This document shows, one piece after another, positions 40,301-48,724 of a stretch of 64,000 nt of DNA. The notes beneath the pieces are model-generated. The model saw nothing but the letters and a program-made list of their open reading frames with translations, had not been told where the DNA came from and searched no databases. A program made the position numbers and the translations under genes. The DNA comes from Acidobacteriota bacterium (GTDB lineage: Bacteria; Acidobacteriota; UBA6911): positions 2,528,001 to 2,592,000 of the forward strand of contig OY761556.1 of the NCBI GenBank assembly GCA_963664705.1, read 5' to 3'. How positions within the stretch are numbered: position 1 is the first letter of the stretch; every line of letters starts with the position of its first letter.

Positions 40301-41730
40301 TCTTCGGCGTCTTTCCACTGTTTCTCGTGAAGTGCATTGAAATCATTTGTTTCTTTGATCAGCTCCTTCGTCGAGGCGATCTGTTGCGCAAGGGACAGGA
40401 CCTTTTTTGAATCGTATTCGTAGAGAGAGTTCTGCTTTTTCTTTTCCTCGGTGAACTGCTTCTCAAGATCATAGAGCTGCATCGTAAGTCCGAGCAGCTG
40501 CTGCGTTGTTCCCGTTGCTATGGCGTCAGCCTTTGCAATCTCTTTCGATCTTTCGCCGATAGTGTCTCTTGGTGTTTCTTTCCCGAATACGCCATACGAG
40601 AACGTCCATTCCTTGCCGTGGCCGACGGACCCAGTCCAGTCCTTTTGAGACGCTTCCATCTCATCATAGGACTCAGTGATTGCTTCGACCGCCTTCATGA
40701 AAGCCAGGGTCGCTTCGCCTGCGTATTCCTTTGCTTTCAACTTCACCGCTTCCCAGGCACGTCCGTGTTTATCGATCTGCTCGTCGAGGCCCATCAGGAC
40801 CAGCATCTGCGGTCCCTTCATGATGGCATTGCTTTTCTCGATCTCCGCGACCATGTCGGCGAATGACTCCTTGTCATTCAGGACAATAGGTAAGAGATCA
40901 AGCAGCCGCCGACCGAGTTCGCCTGTGGCCTTCTGCGCGCGTTCCGCCGGGTCAGAGATTGCAGCGTAATGCTTCCGGAGTTCCTCCAGATAATAAATGG
41001 CATCGGCGCCGGCTTTTGGCGTGACGCCTGCCCGCAGCAGCGCTTCGGAGAACGGACCGCCTTCGCTTCCGAGTTGCGCATTCAGTTTTTCAATCGTACC
41101 GGTGAGATCACCGAGGCCCTTTTCCTTCCCGGCTCGCTGCAAGGCCTGGACGCGCTCCACGGTCATGCCGGTTGCATAGGAAAGATTTATGATCTGCTCG
41201 GCGGCATCCGCTGCTTCAGCGGCAAAATCGTAGATCGCTGCGCCGGCGGCAATGACTCCAGTGGCAACGGCGCCGACACCGACAGCGGTAGGTCCAAGGA
41301 GGCCGAGGAAGGAAGTCACGCCAGCCTTTGCGGACTCCAGTGGATGCGCGGCAAAGTCACCGACAGCTTTGCCGATTTCCGCGAAACTGACTTTGCTCGC
41401 GAGGGAGGCCTTGTTCATCTCCTGGAGGGATCGCACCATTGGATCAATGGTCTGGCCATTCCGCTTTGCCGCATCCGCAGCACGGTTGATCTCATCGGAC
41501 ATTACTTTCCAGATGTCCGCATTCGATTTCCCGGCTGCGGTCAGGAGCTGGATCTGCTCAGAGAGCTTCTTTGTGGGGTTGAGCGTCTCGTCAAACTTCG
41601 CGATGATGCTCTGGCCTGCCCGCGTCATCTTCAGGCCGGCTTCCTCCGTGTTCTTGATCGCCTGCTGGAGGGCGAGGTTCAACCTAGAGGTGTCGCCATC
41701 AATCTCAAAAAATAAACGTCCGATTGGCAT
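37399..41730 (-). CDS. Tail tape measure protein
   Basis: 1443 aa helical, MPIGRLFFEIDGDT start, Gly-rich hydrophobic segments. Confidence 0.9.
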   Translation of the reverse strand: MPIGRLFFEIDGDTSRLNLALQQAIKNTEEAGLKMTRAGQSIIAKFDETLNPTKKLSEQIQLLTAAGKSNADIWKVMSDEINRAADAAKRNGQTIDPMVRSLQEMNKASLASKVSFAEIGKAVGDFAAHPLESAKAGVTSFLGLLGPTAVGVGAVATGVIAAGAAIYDFAAEAADAAEQIINLSYATGMTVERVQALQRAGKEKGLGDLTGTIEKLNAQLGSEGGPFSEALLRAGVTPKAGADAIYYLEELRKHYAAISDPAERAQKATGELGRRLLDLLPIVLNDKESFADMVAEIEKSNAIMKGPQMLVLMGLDEQIDKHGRAWEAVKLKAKEYAGEATLAFMKAVEAITESYDEMEASQKDWTGSVGHGKEWTFSYGVFGKETPRDTIGERSKEIAKADAIATGTTQQLLGLTMQLYDLEKQFTEEKKKQNSLYEYDSKKVLSLAQQIASTKELIKETNDFNALHEKQWKDAEEAQKKLKDLNHDIAKIQESIDTKGHAALVPSQSEIDAYVKKFDKEMLDRVKTYNEVEARLTKEISTNRLDELKSQREILQATIPMNEADRQQMTLEKAHIDYMINAEEIRVKYEQIRTELQTKLNKLGEDDPLRQAAEGDLEKLGEKERAELERAGQVFSTDVLRVHQEAYQKMIDQVRDGAGQIFDILTSNGKDKFQSLLNWFKSVFMNSLKQMFLDLVQSIITGFKGGFGQLLGMGGSAGAGGVFTTPPIFPTTTPQVGNGTGTWAPGSTYAMGTGGSFLMDYTASLQGGKTTVPTGKMSFASLFGAGGKGVDFGNFFGGGSGGFFGSEGDPGFLGSGTGGINGKGVGGAMGGLMMGGGMSMFMDSLSRKGIGGWAEGIGGGALTGFALGGPIGAAIGAIAGLGTRLAKLAMGKNSYEAGSMEAARDFGGINVSEDELKNYLNSKGISESMAYPNRKNIESSPDFLKNVGWEAAQAQGKTEAFLKSLEKVGTSWGNFNFRGAFDIGRLTGDWSALNKAWEDSKMSGMQNIGEDISKSLEIEANTLKPYEQLIVDLNDLRKSVMESIPPVKTMYQTFLETGEITDELREQVAKLGGDISDFEKVSELTKVNNDFNDMVTHFRETGEVLPGLRQMFQDFGGDLQTLDAAARLPGLHESLNFINNLQSGLKNLAPELDPIKALLSGQWNANVISALSAAGLDPSKFEGLSPLIDMEQNWDKMATPFTKLTPELRKALLAYGGDEGKTAVERYDQGFNTITQGLLDTTKAAMDEAYQAAVKDALDYIGTVQQETSDKITTLTEAVESQFTIVSNNITDAIGDAKTSLIAELDKLILATAEQGDAATKPASDASNVPAETGPMSFAEWKNWMMQQNPSLAATGFSEADLRNMYQAYLDSIPHASTGGLIAVHDQEAVLDPEQTRNLLRNGQSSRPIVQLVNCTIYGFQNFVEQVRLAGLDLQRRNDPQWA

Positions 41731-41809
41731 CTAAACGGTACCGGTGATCGTATGGGATATATGAGAATTCATTTGGGATAATGCAAACAGACAAATGCGG
41801 AGAAGCCTT

Positions 41810-42088
41810 ATGAACAATCTATATATAAAGACATGTTTGACGGCAATCGTATTGCTTTTGGCGACTATCGTGCTGAAGCCCATATTGTCACCAACTGTCG
41901 CTGAAGCACAGTCACCCGCGAATGGGATACAGATCAGTGCGCAGGGGAATGGCGGATTTCTTCTCTATGACAACACTACCGGCCGTCTATGGTCTTATGA
42001 CTTATTCAGAGGAAACGTTGGCTATTGGGGTCGCATAGCATTGCCCGGCAAGCCCCTGGTGAAAAACCTCCCGGCGGAAAGACAATAA
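41810..42088 (+). CDS. Small exported protein (moron, antisense to tail operon)
   Basis: Signal peptide ending AEA-Q; GGAG RBS. Confidence 0.7.
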   Translation: MNNLYIKTCLTAIVLLLATIVLKPILSPTVAEAQSPANGIQISAQGNGGFLLYDNTTGRLWSYDLFRGNVGYWGRIALPGKPLVKNLPAERQ

Positions 42089-42180
42089 CCGTTCTCAGCA
42101 ATCCTGATCGTCTCCTGCAGGAATAATTGGCTGCGGCGCCGTCGTTTTTATAAAAAAGACGCATGATCGGCATCGCTATT

Positions 42181-42720
42181 TTACTTGTTGAGTCCCTGCT
42201 CGATCGTCTGCTCGAATGCGGCCTTTCCCGCTTCGAAGGCGGCATTCTCGAATGAGGACGGTTTGGGGAACCACTTGTGAGGCTCGATCCTGTGAGTCCC
42301 TTCGGTTTTTCCGCTTTGGCTATGGGTCATTCCGCCGAGCCTGTTTTGGCGGGCTTGCCGTTTTTGACGGCCTTTGCTCCAGTTCCAGCCCATCTCCAAA
42401 AAATAGGAGTAATACGCTTCCTTCTTTGAAGGGCCGATCAGCACTCGTCTGACGGCCTTCTGGATCCCTGTAGTGGTCAGGCCTTTCGCTTTGGCCAGCA
42501 CCTTGATGATGTGTGCCTTGAGGTTCCCGCTCGGATGCTGCGGGAGCGATTTGAAGTTCTGCCTGGGCTCGCTTACAGGGGCGGCTGCTTCGATCGCATC
42601 CTTCACGACCTGGGCAGCCGCGTCCTGCGCCGCTTCCAGGGCTTCAGCGAGAACCACCTCGGCAATATGCCGAGTGTTCCGCTTCAGCTCCTCCATTCCG
42701 GATAATTTAACGCCGGCCAT
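42181..42720 (-). CDS. HK97 gp10-like tail completion protein
   Basis: VKLSGMEEL, APV...GNL, Y..FLE.G. Confidence 0.8.
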   Translation of the reverse strand: MAGVKLSGMEELKRNTRHIAEVVLAEALEAAQDAAAQVVKDAIEAAAPVSEPRQNFKSLPQHPSGNLKAHIIKVLAKAKGLTTTGIQKAVRRVLIGPSKKEAYYSYFLEMGWNWSKGRQKRQARQNRLGGMTHSQSGKTEGTHRIEPHKWFPKPSSFENAAFEAGKAAFEQTIEQGLNK

Positions 42721-42721
42721 G

Positions 42722-43296
42722 TCACCCTTTCCTCAGACTCTGAACTTCGGTAAAGACGCGCATAACCTGCATCTGCTTTTGCCAGCTGCTTCCGGATGAC
42801 GATCCGCCGGAGGCCCCCTGCGCCTTGAAATATGCCAGCCACTCGACATATTCCCGGTAGGGCATAAAGGCCTCCATTTCCGTCACGCTTCTCCAGCCGA
42901 GTTTCTCGGCTATTGCGAATCTTGTCCTTCGCTCTGGCCGCTCAAGTTTTTTTCCAGTTCCTCCCGGGACTTTTCGGTCAGGCCGGAATACTTGAGGATG
43001 GCGTCCTGCAGCCGCAGGAATGCGCTCGCCGTCTTGCCCATCAGGGTTTCGGCGTCCTTCTCATCGAACATGGGAAGGCCGTCCGCATCACACACGGCCC
43101 AGCGAATCAGCTGCAGGGTAACGTGTTTCATTCGGACGACGACCGAGCCTCTGTCGAACTTGGCCCCCATGTCCGCCAGGGTCGCCTGCTCCTGGAGGGT
43201 GATGGGGCGGACAAACACGGAGCCGCCCCACTCGGGAACTTCGATCTCTTTCAGCTGTGGTTTGCTGTTAAGAATGCTGTCTTTACTGAGTTGCAT
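42722..43296 (-). CDS. Tail assembly chaperone G (42910-43296) and G-T fusion by -1 frameshift
   Basis: IEVPEWGGSV; slippery A-AAA-AAC at 42952-42946; -1 frame gives FAIAEKLGWRSVTEME..MPYREYVEWLAYF, stop 42722. Confidence 0.88.
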
Positions 43297-43299
43297 TGA

Positions 43300-43740
43300 T
43301 TAGCTCCAGACAACCGGTCCGGTGACTCTCAGGGTCACGTTCAGTTCCAGCGCCGACGCGATAGGAGACGTGGGCTGGATGTTCGCGACGAATGCCGCAA
43401 ACTTCGCCTTGGTCGCTCCGGAATCCGGGAAGAGAAGTTCAAAGTTCCGCAGGGTCTGGTCCTCATAGTCCTTCAAGAGGCCCTTTGTTTCGAAGCCCTG
43501 CGTGGTGTCGTCGGGGAGGAAGTTGCATTTGAACGTGACATCCCCGGACGATTTGAACGTGGGTTTGTATTCGCGATAGCCTCCGTCTGATTGCTGGTGG
43601 GTGAACTCAGCGAACTCCGTCGTGAGTCCCGGTCCATTGATGTCTTTGACTTCGGCGATCGCAGTGAACACCTCGGGTTCCGCGCCATCGCCGATTTTGA
43701 GAAGCGTTCCTCTGCCGATCACGCCTTCAGATGCGGTCAT
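43300..43740 (-). CDS. Major tail tube protein
   Basis: G.GTLLKIGDG..F..IAEV.DI.GP, GDVTFKCNF; AAGGA RBS. Confidence 0.88.
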   Translation of the reverse strand: MTASEGVIGRGTLLKIGDGAEPEVFTAIAEVKDINGPGLTTEFAEFTHQQSDGGYREYKPTFKSSGDVTFKCNFLPDDTTQGFETKGLLKDYEDQTLRNFELLFPDSGATKAKFAAFVANIQPTSPIASALELNVTLRVTGPVVWS

Positions 43741-43756
43741 GATGGTTCCTTTCTCT

Positions 43757-43957
43757 GATCGGGCACTCCCCGAGAGTGCTGCCCGATAAAACAACGGCGC
43801 GGAAACGGCGTCGGGATTCGCCGCTTTTCGGGCTCGAGTACCCTATCCGCGCCGGTACGGTGCCGGGACTTCCCGGACCATGTCGCAGGCCTCCGGGTTT
43901 GGCTGCGCCTCGACCAGGCGTAAACGCAACCGCGCTCCGGCTTGGTTCCCCGGAGGA
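43757..43957 (-). ncRNA. Candidate structured RNA in the tail-tube leader
   Basis: Four consecutive stems including perfect 9-bp and 8-bp closing helices of multibranch junctions. Confidence 0.5.
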
Positions 43958-43969
43958 AAATGCTGTGTT

Positions 43970-44305
43970 CTAGATTGTCCTGCTGAGGGTCTCCTGAGCG
44001 TTGATCAGGAGCCAGTCACCGAACTGCTCGGGAGGGGCGGTGATAACGAGCCGCGTCCCGCCCCATATGATTTGCTGGAAGGGGGTCACTCCCCTGCGAT
44101 ACCGGATCCACACCCGATAGTCCTGGGAGAAAGCTTCGATTTTCTGTGTCTGCGTGACCTGCTGCCCGCCCCCGGCATCGATCTTTGCCGCAACCCCGGA
44201 GCAGAAGGTCGAGATGATCTTCCCTGCTCCGTTCAAGCTGTACGGCGGGACGACATTCACGATGTCTATCCGCTCGGTGAGTTCCCCGATTTTGGGAGTA
44301 ATCAT
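43970..44305 (-). CDS. Head closure protein (SPP1 gp16-like)
   Basis: IGELTERIDI...IRYRRGVTP. Confidence 0.85.
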   Translation of the reverse strand: MITPKIGELTERIDIVNVVPPYSLNGAGKIISTFCSGVAAKIDAGGGQQVTQTQKIEAFSQDYRVWIRYRRGVTPFQQIIWGGTRLVITAPPEQFGDWLLINAQETLSRTI

Positions 44306-45225
44306 ACGGTCACGATCCGTTCCTTATCGAGGATGCTCTTCACGCGGTGCCACACGGCTGGGCTTATCGCCTCGTCTCCCCGGTTGGTGTATAGATCAGC
44401 GACCATCATGAGGATAGCCGTCTTGATCTCATCCGGAACATCGGCCGCAAGCCCGTAGCCTGCGGTGAATCTGATTTGGACCGCATTCAGCCCGTCGTAT
44501 GTAGCCGGCCAGGATTGTCCTGACGCGAGGCAGATCCGCCCGGGCCAGCCAGCCGCGTCAACCTCATAGCAATTCGTGGACAGCGTCTGGATGTTCCCAG
44601 CCGAATCCTTAAATTTGATGAACTCGACAGCCCGGAGCGGCGGAAATGGGAACTCGATCGCTCTCATGCATCCGGAAAAACCGTCCATGAAAAGATCGTA
44701 GGTGCGGGTGACGTACGATCTCTCCTGATATTGCTCGCAATCCTTTCGCGCTGTCCGGATCAGTCTGGCAATGGTTTTATCTTCCGGATCCGTCGGCGCA
44801 TTGGTCAGGATCGACAACCCGAACTGACATGGGGCTCCAGCCACTACCGACGCACCCCGCACATACTTTTTCGTCCCCTCGTAGACCAGCTTGCAAGTCG
44901 TGCTGCCGCTGGCCGCTGTCACCCTTTCGAAGGATCCGGCATCTTCGTACTCGGCGTCCTCGTCAGTGTCGCTCTCCTGGATCCGGGCCTCTATGAATCC
45001 TCCCTCGCCGCATCCGGCCACCTGGAGCACGGCAACGATATCCGACGCCGCCGATATATCCACTGCATTTCCCTTCAGTTCACCGATATCGTGAGATCCG
45101 GGAAGTATGGTCGCATCCACCCCGATGCTGTCGCCGAAGGACTGCGAGTCGAGCTTCAGATGCATCTTCGCCTCTGCGAGCGTCACCGGCTCGACCGCAG
45201 GACCAAGGAAAATATTCAATGCCAT
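44302..45225 (-). CDS. Head-tail connector (gp6-like) with ~120-aa inserted domain
   Basis: PAVEPVTLAEAKMHLK ... AGYG..VPDEIKTAILMMVADLYTNR. Confidence 0.88.
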   Translation of the reverse strand: MALNIFLGPAVEPVTLAEAKMHLKLDSQSFGDSIGVDATILPGSHDIGELKGNAVDISAASDIVAVLQVAGCGEGGFIEARIQESDTDEDAEYEDAGSFERVTAASGSTTCKLVYEGTKKYVRGASVVAGAPCQFGLSILTNAPTDPEDKTIARLIRTARKDCEQYQERSYVTRTYDLFMDGFSGCMRAIEFPFPPLRAVEFIKFKDSAGNIQTLSTNCYEVDAAGWPGRICLASGQSWPATYDGLNAVQIRFTAGYGLAADVPDEIKTAILMMVADLYTNRGDEAISPAVWHRVKSILDKERIVTV

Positions 45226-45302
45226 GGCATATTTCCAATAAACTCCTTGATGGAGCGCTGTAGGGACCGGGATTTCTCCAGGCCCCCTGGTGTGGAAGCG
45301 AA

Positions 45303-45767
45303 CTAGACAAGCGGAGAACTCATCTGGTCCTGCACGTGAGTGTGTTTTTCCACCAGCGCGAGGATCCCAGCCAGCACGGGCGAATCGGTCTCTTCAACCG
45401 CTTTCAGCCTGCAATAGGCATATCCCTGCTGCGCCAGGTATGCCGGATCGACTTCCACGATATCGATTCGGCCGGAACCTGCAGTCATCGTGTACCCGGT
45501 ATCCGGAGCTTGCGTCAGGGCCCCTTCAACATCGTCGTCAGCGATTTCCTTATATCTGAACGGAATCGCCTTGGACGCCGTTGGGGTTACGTCCTTGCAT
45601 GCCTCCACCGTGATGGTGGATTTCCCGGTGACTCCGACCCCGCGCTGCAGGATGAAGATCACCTTCCCTCCGTCGCAGCGCACCACATCTGAGTAAATGG
45701 TTCCGGCCAGGGCATCGGCAACAGGAGCCAGCCCCTGAACAGCCCTGAAATGCGTTGAGAAATTCAT
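45303..45767 (-). CDS. Putative capsid decoration/cement protein
   Basis: Beta-rich 154 aa directly after capsid gene. Confidence 0.65.
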   Translation of the reverse strand: MNFSTHFRAVQGLAPVADALAGTIYSDVVRCDGGKVIFILQRGVGVTGKSTITVEACKDVTPTASKAIPFRYKEIADDDVEGALTQAPDTGYTMTAGSGRIDIVEVDPAYLAQQGYAYCRLKAVEETDSPVLAGILALVEKHTHVQDQMSSPLV

Positions 45768-45800
45768 TTCGACTCTCCTTTGGAAAATAATGTTTCAGGA

Positions 45801-47090
45801 TTAGCGCGCGGCCAGCGTCACGAAAGGCGACAGCGTGAGACCCTTCTTCGGGGTCAGCGGCGCGGTCCACCACGGTTTGCCGTCGTTCCGGAGGAAGAAG
45901 CGGAAGGCTCTTTCAGCCGAGAGAAACCTGACATGGATGCTCTCATCCTGCCGCATCTGCTGGTACGTCCCTTCCAGGAACTCGCTCCACTGAGCGAGAA
46001 CAAGGTCTCCCTGGTCGCCGATAGCAGAGCAGTGTTCGGTGAAGTAGAGCGGACGGCCCACGAGCAGATCGACACCGCCAGGACCGGCACCGGGCTTGAA
46101 GTACTCGACCGGCTGGCCTCCGGTAGTTCCGACCAGCTGATACATGCCGGAGAGCTGCGGCCGGCAGGTGTGGTTGGCATGCCACACGGCGCCGGAATAG
46201 CGCCAGCAGCGGGCGATCATCTTGTCGATGTTCTCTTTGAGGATGGTATCCGCGGCCTGGCCGCCTTCTTTCGCCACGACGATCAGAGAGCCGTTCCCCG
46301 CATTCAGAATGCCAAGGAACTCCCCGGCGCCCGTGCCGTTGAGCCGCTCCTCCATGAGATGGGCCCCGAACTCGTCGCCGAATCCCGCGCTCAGCATGGC
46401 GATGAAGGACTCGGGAGAATCCGTCAGGACGTTCTCGGTCGCAAAGGTCAGGCCAAAGAGGTCGTTGACCACGAGCCGCACCTGCTCGAATTTCATGCGG
46501 GACGAACTCGCGTCGACGGTTTCCGGCTTGCGCGTGACGGTCAGTCCGCCGCTCACGCTGGTCGCATGGTTCTTGTCCACACGGGCGTTGAAGGCAACGG
46601 TAGGCGCATTCATGGGAATGTTACGCACCATCCCGGAAACGGGATCGGCCTCGGGCGAAATGGTCAGAATCCCGGGAGCCACCGCCGAAGGGATGAGATA
46701 TCCACCGTAAGGATCGGATCCGGCCTGCTGCTCGTCGGATCCCTGGGTAGCACGGAACCGCTTCAGCCTGGCATCCTCGACCTGAGTCCGCGCCGAGAGC
46801 ATGACCGCGTTGAGAAAATCCCGATGGTCCTTAAAACCACCCTTCGGATCATCTTCGACGTTGTCTTTGCCGACCACGACTTTGGTGACTGCCGGAAGAT
46901 TGCGCTCCTCTTCCATCTGCTCCTCGCAGAGTGTGATCAGTTCGTCGTTTCTCGCGCGCGAAGCGCGAAGTTTCTCGATTTTCAATTTGTCGGCTTCAGT
47001 GAGTCCCACTGCGGGATCAACCCCGGCGAGAATCTGATCTATCTGATTTTTGATCATCTGCCGCCGCTGCTTGAGTTCCTTAATATTCAT
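45801..47090 (-). CDS. HK97-fold major capsid protein
   Basis: N-terminal coiled coil, GGYLIP, LNGTGAGEFLGIL, LVGRP, R.DG. Confidence 0.95.
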   Translation of the reverse strand: MNIKELKQRRQMIKNQIDQILAGVDPAVGLTEADKLKIEKLRASRARNDELITLCEEQMEEERNLPAVTKVVVGKDNVEDDPKGGFKDHRDFLNAVMLSARTQVEDARLKRFRATQGSDEQQAGSDPYGGYLIPSAVAPGILTISPEADPVSGMVRNIPMNAPTVAFNARVDKNHATSVSGGLTVTRKPETVDASSSRMKFEQVRLVVNDLFGLTFATENVLTDSPESFIAMLSAGFGDEFGAHLMEERLNGTGAGEFLGILNAGNGSLIVVAKEGGQAADTILKENIDKMIARCWRYSGAVWHANHTCRPQLSGMYQLVGTTGGQPVEYFKPGAGPGGVDLLVGRPLYFTEHCSAIGDQGDLVLAQWSEFLEGTYQQMRQDESIHVRFLSAERAFRFFLRNDGKPWWTAPLTPKKGLTLSPFVTLAAR

Positions 47091-47106
47091 TCTTTGGTCT
47101 CCAAAT

Positions 47107-47132
47107 AAAAAAGCCCGCCGGTTGAGGCGAGC
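47107..47132 (-). terminator. Terminator-like hairpin just upstream of capsid gene
   Basis: GCUCGCC/GGCGGGC stem plus U6 on minus strand. Confidence 0.6.
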
Positions 47133-47210
47133 TGATTGTTTGATCCGATTCTTTTATTTTTTACGCATTCATAATCAGAGCGACGACAAGCTCAGATTTG
47201 GAGAAGGCGC

Positions 47211-47816
47211 ATGCTTGGAAAACTTGTTTCTTTATCTGCCATCCTTGTTCTTTTCGCTGCCGGCACAGTCCAGGCCCAAACACAATCGGACCTGCCACGA
47301 TGTGAAGTTGGCGCCTACTTCACATCCCTCCATCTGCCGGATATCCAGGAATGGCCCGGCGGATTCGGAGGAAGATTCGGATACAACCTTTTCGAATATG
47401 TCGCGCTCGAGGGCGAATTCAACTACTTCCCGGCCCATAGTCCGAAAACAATTGGATCCGGTCCTTCATTCCCCCCTCAATCAGCAGTCGAATGGTTCGG
47501 AGAATCACAGGCACTGTTTGGCATTAAATCAGGAATTCGCATTGACCGATTCGGATTCTTTGGAAAAGCAAAGCCTGGATTCATTCACATGACAGACCGG
47601 CAAAACCTCCAGCTTCTCAACAATCAAAACAGAACCCGTTTCGCTCTCGAATTGGGCGGAGTGTTTGAATACTATCTCAGCCGTTCGATTGTGCTTCGCG
47701 TGGACATGGGCGAAACAATGGTAGATTTCGGCGGCTACAAACCGATCGGCGATTATCAGCCCCGGACTCACAACTGGGGATTCCAAGCCGGCGGCGGACT
47801 CGTCTTCCGGTTTTAG
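47211..47816 (+). CDS. Outer-membrane beta-barrel protein (moron)
   Basis: Signal peptide, GFGGRFGYN..ALEGEFNY strands, C-terminal GLVFRF. Confidence 0.85.
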   Translation: MLGKLVSLSAILVLFAAGTVQAQTQSDLPRCEVGAYFTSLHLPDIQEWPGGFGGRFGYNLFEYVALEGEFNYFPAHSPKTIGSGPSFPPQSAVEWFGESQALFGIKSGIRIDRFGFFGKAKPGFIHMTDRQNLQLLNNQNRTRFALELGGVFEYYLSRSIVLRVDMGETMVDFGGYKPIGDYQPRTHNWGFQAGGGLVFRF

Positions 47817-48712
47817 AGCTCAAACTCATTCTTGATACTTTCAATCTGGAGTTGTGCCGCTTTTCCGGAAGATTTTGTCCCCGATAGCCTCGTGAGGACC
47901 TGTTCGAAGGTTGAGATCTTGTCTGACATCCCCGACGAGACTGCCTCCTCCGCCCCGAACACCCGGCCTTTTCCAAAATCGCTCCGGACCTTTGCGTCGC
48001 TTACTCCGCGGTATTTCGCGACGGCCTTCGTGAACATGCCGTAATACCGGTCGACACCTCGCTGGATCTCGGCCGCCGCCTCATCCGACAGAGGCTCGTA
48101 CTGATTCCCTTCGATCTTGTATTCCCCTGCATGGATAAGCGTTGGCTTGAGTCCTTCGCTCTCCAGCCATTTCGACATATCGAGATGCTCGGCGAAAACG
48201 CCGATGGATCCTGCTTCCCCGCTCGGGGTTATATGAAATTCGGAAGCCGCGCTCGCAATCCAATAGGCCGCGCTTGCCGCCAAACTGTTTGCGATCGCAA
48301 CGATGGGCTTTCTGCCGCGCAGTTCGTAAATCTCCTTCGCGAGTTCAGGCACTCCGTATACCGTCCCTCCGGGCGAGTCGATATCCAGCAGTATCGAGGA
48401 CACAGCCGGGTCCGCCACCGCTGCCTTAATGTCCTTCATCACGCGTTCCGTCGAGGTTCCGCCCGGACCGGAGATCTCGTCCATCAGGCTCATTCTCTGC
48501 GCGATGACGCCATACACGGGAATGATCGCCACGGCGGTCCCTTTCGTTTCGCGCTTGTCCACGCGCGCGCCGATCCTATCGGCCACTTCTTCCTGAGTCA
48601 GCATGCCGCCGCCCGATTTGAATCGGAGTAAATCGCGGATGTCCCGCCACTTGCCTTCCTGGATCGCCCAATGCTGGCCGCTGAACGCAGTCACGATTCG
48701 CAGATATCTCAT
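47813..48712 (-). CDS. S49-family prohead protease
   Basis: DIDSPGG, AASAAYWIAS, GSIGV. Confidence 0.93.
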   Translation of the reverse strand: MRYLRIVTAFSGQHWAIQEGKWRDIRDLLRFKSGGGMLTQEEVADRIGARVDKRETKGTAVAIIPVYGVIAQRMSLMDEISGPGGTSTERVMKDIKAAVADPAVSSILLDIDSPGGTVYGVPELAKEIYELRGRKPIVAIANSLAASAAYWIASAASEFHITPSGEAGSIGVFAEHLDMSKWLESEGLKPTLIHAGEYKIEGNQYEPLSDEAAAEIQRGVDRYYGMFTKAVAKYRGVSDAKVRSDFGKGRVFGAEEAVSSGMSDKISTFEQVLTRLSGTKSSGKAAQLQIESIKNEFEL

Positions 48713-48724
48713 GGTGTCCTCAAA

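Noticed and set aside
45780-47108. 442-aa plus-strand ORF and similar long antisense ORFs across the late module
   Set aside because: Shadows of capsid, portal and TMP genes in GC-rich DNA.
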